A stretch of 35,893 bases of DNA from Eledone cirrhosa (taxonomy: Eukaryota). Position 1 is the first letter of the stretch. Each line of letters opens with the position of its first letter. Below are positions 31,217-35,893 of the stretch, piece by piece. The notes below the pieces were generated by a model. It did not search any database. It saw only the letters and a list, made by a program, of their open reading frames with translations, and was not told the origin of the DNA. The stretch is from NCBI GenBank assembly GCA_964016885.1, contig CAXHJY010000498.1, positions 1 through 35,893 of the forward strand. Reading direction: 5' to 3'. Position numbers and translations under genes: made by a program.

Positions 31217-33421
31217 ATGTCTTTTAGAGAGGAAGTAATCTTAAAGAATTCCATTTTTCCAGTTATAATATGAAGCGCTCAACAGTATTGGAGCAAGATA
31301 CATGGAAAGTTATATTTAAAATTGTTGGGTTACAACTAGATAAATCTAATACAGACGAAAATGTCTCGGACTTAAACAAAGTTTTCAAATCTAAAAGAAA
31401 TCCACCCCCTAACAAACTTTTATCTGACTTTGAAAACGATATAATTTCTATCATACAAGGGGTCAAATTCAAGAGAAATTTTAAAGGCCAGGAATATCTG
31501 AAAGGCATTAAGGATAAAATTGAGAGCTTAGAGAAAACTGAGAAGATCTTGGTGAAATCTGACAAGACCAACAACCTCTATGGAGTGCGGAAAGACATGT
31601 ATAATGGCCTCATACTGAAAGAGCTGAGGAAAAAGTACAAGGTAGCAGATAAGGCCGAACTTGAGAAAATGAATGTCGAAGCATCTTGTATAATGCACTA
31701 GTTGGAAATTGAGAACAGAACACAACCTTTCGTGCCCAGGAAACCGAAGATCAATATGAAGGACCACAAGAGGAATTTTGAAAATGACCTGTCAGTTAGA
31801 TTGATCGCACCTTCAAAATCGGACCTGGGCAAATTAAGCAAAAACATTCTTGACAGGGTGATACAGCAAATTAAGAACTTGGATTGTGTATCTAACCTGA
31901 GCTTGTGGAAGGGAACTGGAGAGGTTGTGGAGTGGTTTAGGCAAATTAAATATAACAATAATAATAGGTTTATTCAACTTGATATAGCTAACTATTATTC
32001 TTCTATTACCCCTAGTCTACTAAATAAGGCACTAAATTACGCATTCAAACATACCGCCCTAACTAGCAAAGAAATGCATATTATATTATCGGCTAGGAAA
32101 ACTTTGATAGAATTTAATGACAAATTATGGACCAGAGCAGATAGAGACAGCAATTTTGACATAACTATGGGATCTTCCGACTCAGCTCAGGTAACTGACC
32201 TTGTGGGCTTATTTTAATCAATTCGCTACATAGGAAAATACCTGGTACTACCGGAGGTTTATATAGGGATGACATGCTTTTACTTATTAATAATAATAAC
32301 CCTGAACTAAATAGAAAATGTAAACAAATTACAAAATTTTTTAATTACTTTAACCTTAAAATAGAAATTGAGAACAACCATAGAATAGTCAATTTCCTAG
32401 ATATAACGTTAAATCTCAACACATGTCTCCACTATCCTTTTCACAAGTTGAATGAAAACTTAAACTATGTCAACTTTAACTCTAACCACCCCAGATCTGT
32501 CAAAAACACCATAGTAAACTCAGTTCAAAAACGTATCTCTAGGATCTCGTCGAATAGATTGATTTTCGACGAAAAGGCCCAATACTATAATGAAGCACTA
32601 GCTCGGGCAGGATATGCTGATAAGATTGTGTACATAGATAATGATAGACAAACTAAACAAAGTAACAACTTTTTTAATTACGGCAACAACATTAACAACT
32701 ATAATAGAAAGCATTACAATAATTCCAAAGGACAAAAAAGAAATAGAACTAGGAACATAATTTGGTTTGCCGCCCCTTTCTCACTAAACATTAGAACCCA
32801 CATCGCTAAATTATTTTTCAAAGCTCTTGATAATCGCTTCCCTAGAACACATAGGTATCACTCAATTTTCAATAGGCATACAATTAAATTAACCTACTCA
32901 TCCACTAAAAATTTAGCACAAAATATTAATAGAATAAATAATAGGAACTTAAAACCTACTGATAATAGCATAAATAATATACAAGTTAACAAATGTAACT
33001 GTAGAGATAGATCTAAATGTCCGTTAAATAACAACTGCTTAGTTAAAAATATAGTATACAATTGTAATGTTAATACTGACTCTAATTCTTTTAACTACGT
33101 CGGTTCCACATCGACGGAATTTAAACTTCGCTATAATAACCACAAGAATTCTTTCACAGATCCAAATAAAAATCTTCAACGGCACTATCAGGCGTACTCT
33201 GGCAACTTAAGCTAGATAACGTTAGATATTCGACGGCTTGGAATATAGTCTCAAGAGGGATTCCTTTTAATTCATCCTCTGAGACATGTGACCTCTGCGC
33301 AGAGGAGATATTCTTTATACTAAAATCTAAAAATTCCCTTAACCTACGGACAAATTTATTCAGTTGTTGCAAACATAGATTAAACTCAACGTTTAAATAT
33401 AAATTTAAATTTAAAATGTAG
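31217..33421 (+). pseudogene. Disrupted PLE RT-GIY-YIG ORF (Naiad-like)
   Basis: KSDKTNNLY, KDHKRNF, RLIAPSKSDLGKLSK, DIANYYSSI, FDITMGSSDSAQVTDLVG, GLYRDD, NFLDITLNL, SNHP, CNCRDRSKCPLNNNC linker, NIVY...YVGST...FKLRYNNH and C-terminal CDLC...CCKH. TAG at 31699, TAA/frameshift at ~32215, frameshift at ~33170. The start position is uncertain. Confidence 0.88.
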
Positions 33422-33810
33422 TATATTTAGTTTGATTTATATTTATATTTATATTTATATGGGAAACTAGCCGATAAATTTTTGATTGCTAAATCTTTGA
33501 TTCCTTCTTTTTACTCTCTTTTTATTGTTTATTTTTATTTTATTTTATTTTTATCTAAACATTCCTCATGAAAAATTAAGCTACCCTAAAAGCTGATGCT
33601 CCAAATTTTTGAATAAACCTTACACTAGATAAACTTCTATATTAAATATAAGAACATATATAGACCTAATTGGACATCATAATCTTTTTGAAATGATCTT
33701 TGCTAGATGTGATTTGATGGATAATTTTTGGCTTTGTCTTGTAAAGAACTTGGCAATATATTGTCAATTAACTTTGAAGGGTTGATCTTTGTGGTGTATT
33801 TTTATTTTTA

Positions 33811-33841
<31 letters not shown>

Positions 33842-34666
33842 TTTATTTTTATTATTGTAGTATTCTATAATATTTTCTATAATATTTTTTATTTTTATTG
33901 TATTTTTAATATCTTTAATATGTAAATTTTTAATACGTAATATTTTTAATACGTAGTATGCTTAATATATAATATTTTTATTATGTAATATTCTTTCGTA
34001 ATATTTTTATTTTTTTATTTTTTAGTGTTCTATTCTATATTTTTATTTATTATTATTATTGTTATCTTTTTATTTTTAGTTTTGTTTAAGATATATATTT
34101 TTATTAGTATATTGAAATCTGCTCTCTACTTCTGCTTGATAGATAATCTGGTAGAGTAATGACATGAATAATAATACACATATTTGTATGCTCAAATTTT
34201 TATACCACATTGAGAACGTTTTCCGTGAACTTAGAGTTTTGCAGAGTGAATCAGTTAGATTCGCATGGATGTTTGTAGCTGTCACATAAACATATGAATT
34301 TTTTTTAAAACTAAACATAAGATAATTAATTTTCACACATTATAGATACTTGTCTCATTCAGGAATACTGATTTTACAAAATAGTGTAAGTTTTATAAAT
34401 ATTAATACATTAAAACATAGGATTTTTACGCCTCGAATATATCTGGCTATTTTTAAATTTTTTTCTCTCGCTATTTTTTCCTCTCTCTATTGTTTTCCTC
34501 TCCTCTCCCTATATTTTTTTCTCTCTATATATATATCTCCCTTACATTAATACTTGAGCTAAATAAATAAATAAATAAATAAACGTATCATTGATACATT
34601 TACTCAAAATGACCTCCCACTACCTAATTTTCTATATATATATATATATATATATGTATCTATTTC

Positions 34667-35893
<1,227 letters not shown>

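Larger units (their letters stand above)
30387..34690 (+). mobile_element. Naiad-like Penelope-like retroelement (family B) with inverted pLTR at 30387-31092
   Basis: Plus-strand RT + GIY-YIG remnants and a long AT-rich 3' UTR; 34331-34690 is the reverse complement of ~30740-31092; flanked by (TA)n. Confidence 0.88.

Noticed and set aside
31217-33421. Possible selenocysteine-encoding Naiad (in-frame UGA read-through has been reported in that clade)
   Set aside because: The internal interruptions I traced are TAG, TAA and frameshifts; the linker and endonuclease cysteines are ordinary TGT/TGC codons.

Overview
AT-rich, eukaryotic-looking (probably invertebrate animal) repetitive region with no intact host gene. 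Long interrupted (TA)n tracts are punctuated by retroelement insertions. These include two decayed copies of one Penelope-like element (PLE-A; RT + GIY-YIG), a decayed Naiad-like PLE (PLE-B), fragments of a third PLE family (PLE-C) and two LINE fragments. Almost every PLE-type insert carries a type-I hammerhead ribozyme (HHR) motif; I can fold six sequence-distinct HHR families by eye. The centrepiece is a ~10.9-kb array of 35 essentially identical 310-bp non-coding units (21 in one orientation, 14 inverted around a 13-nt spacer), each with an HHR whose stem III is palindromic. It looks like a non-LTR retrozyme array from rolling-circle reverse transcription of a circular RNA. A diverged sister family (316-nt unit) has the same architecture but a compensatory U3-A8 core variant (UUGAUAA), and a separate 527-nt HHR-bracketed unit is also present. 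The Ile/Tyr-rich ORFs in the ORF track are translation artefacts of (TA)n. All RNA folds and alignments were done by eye.
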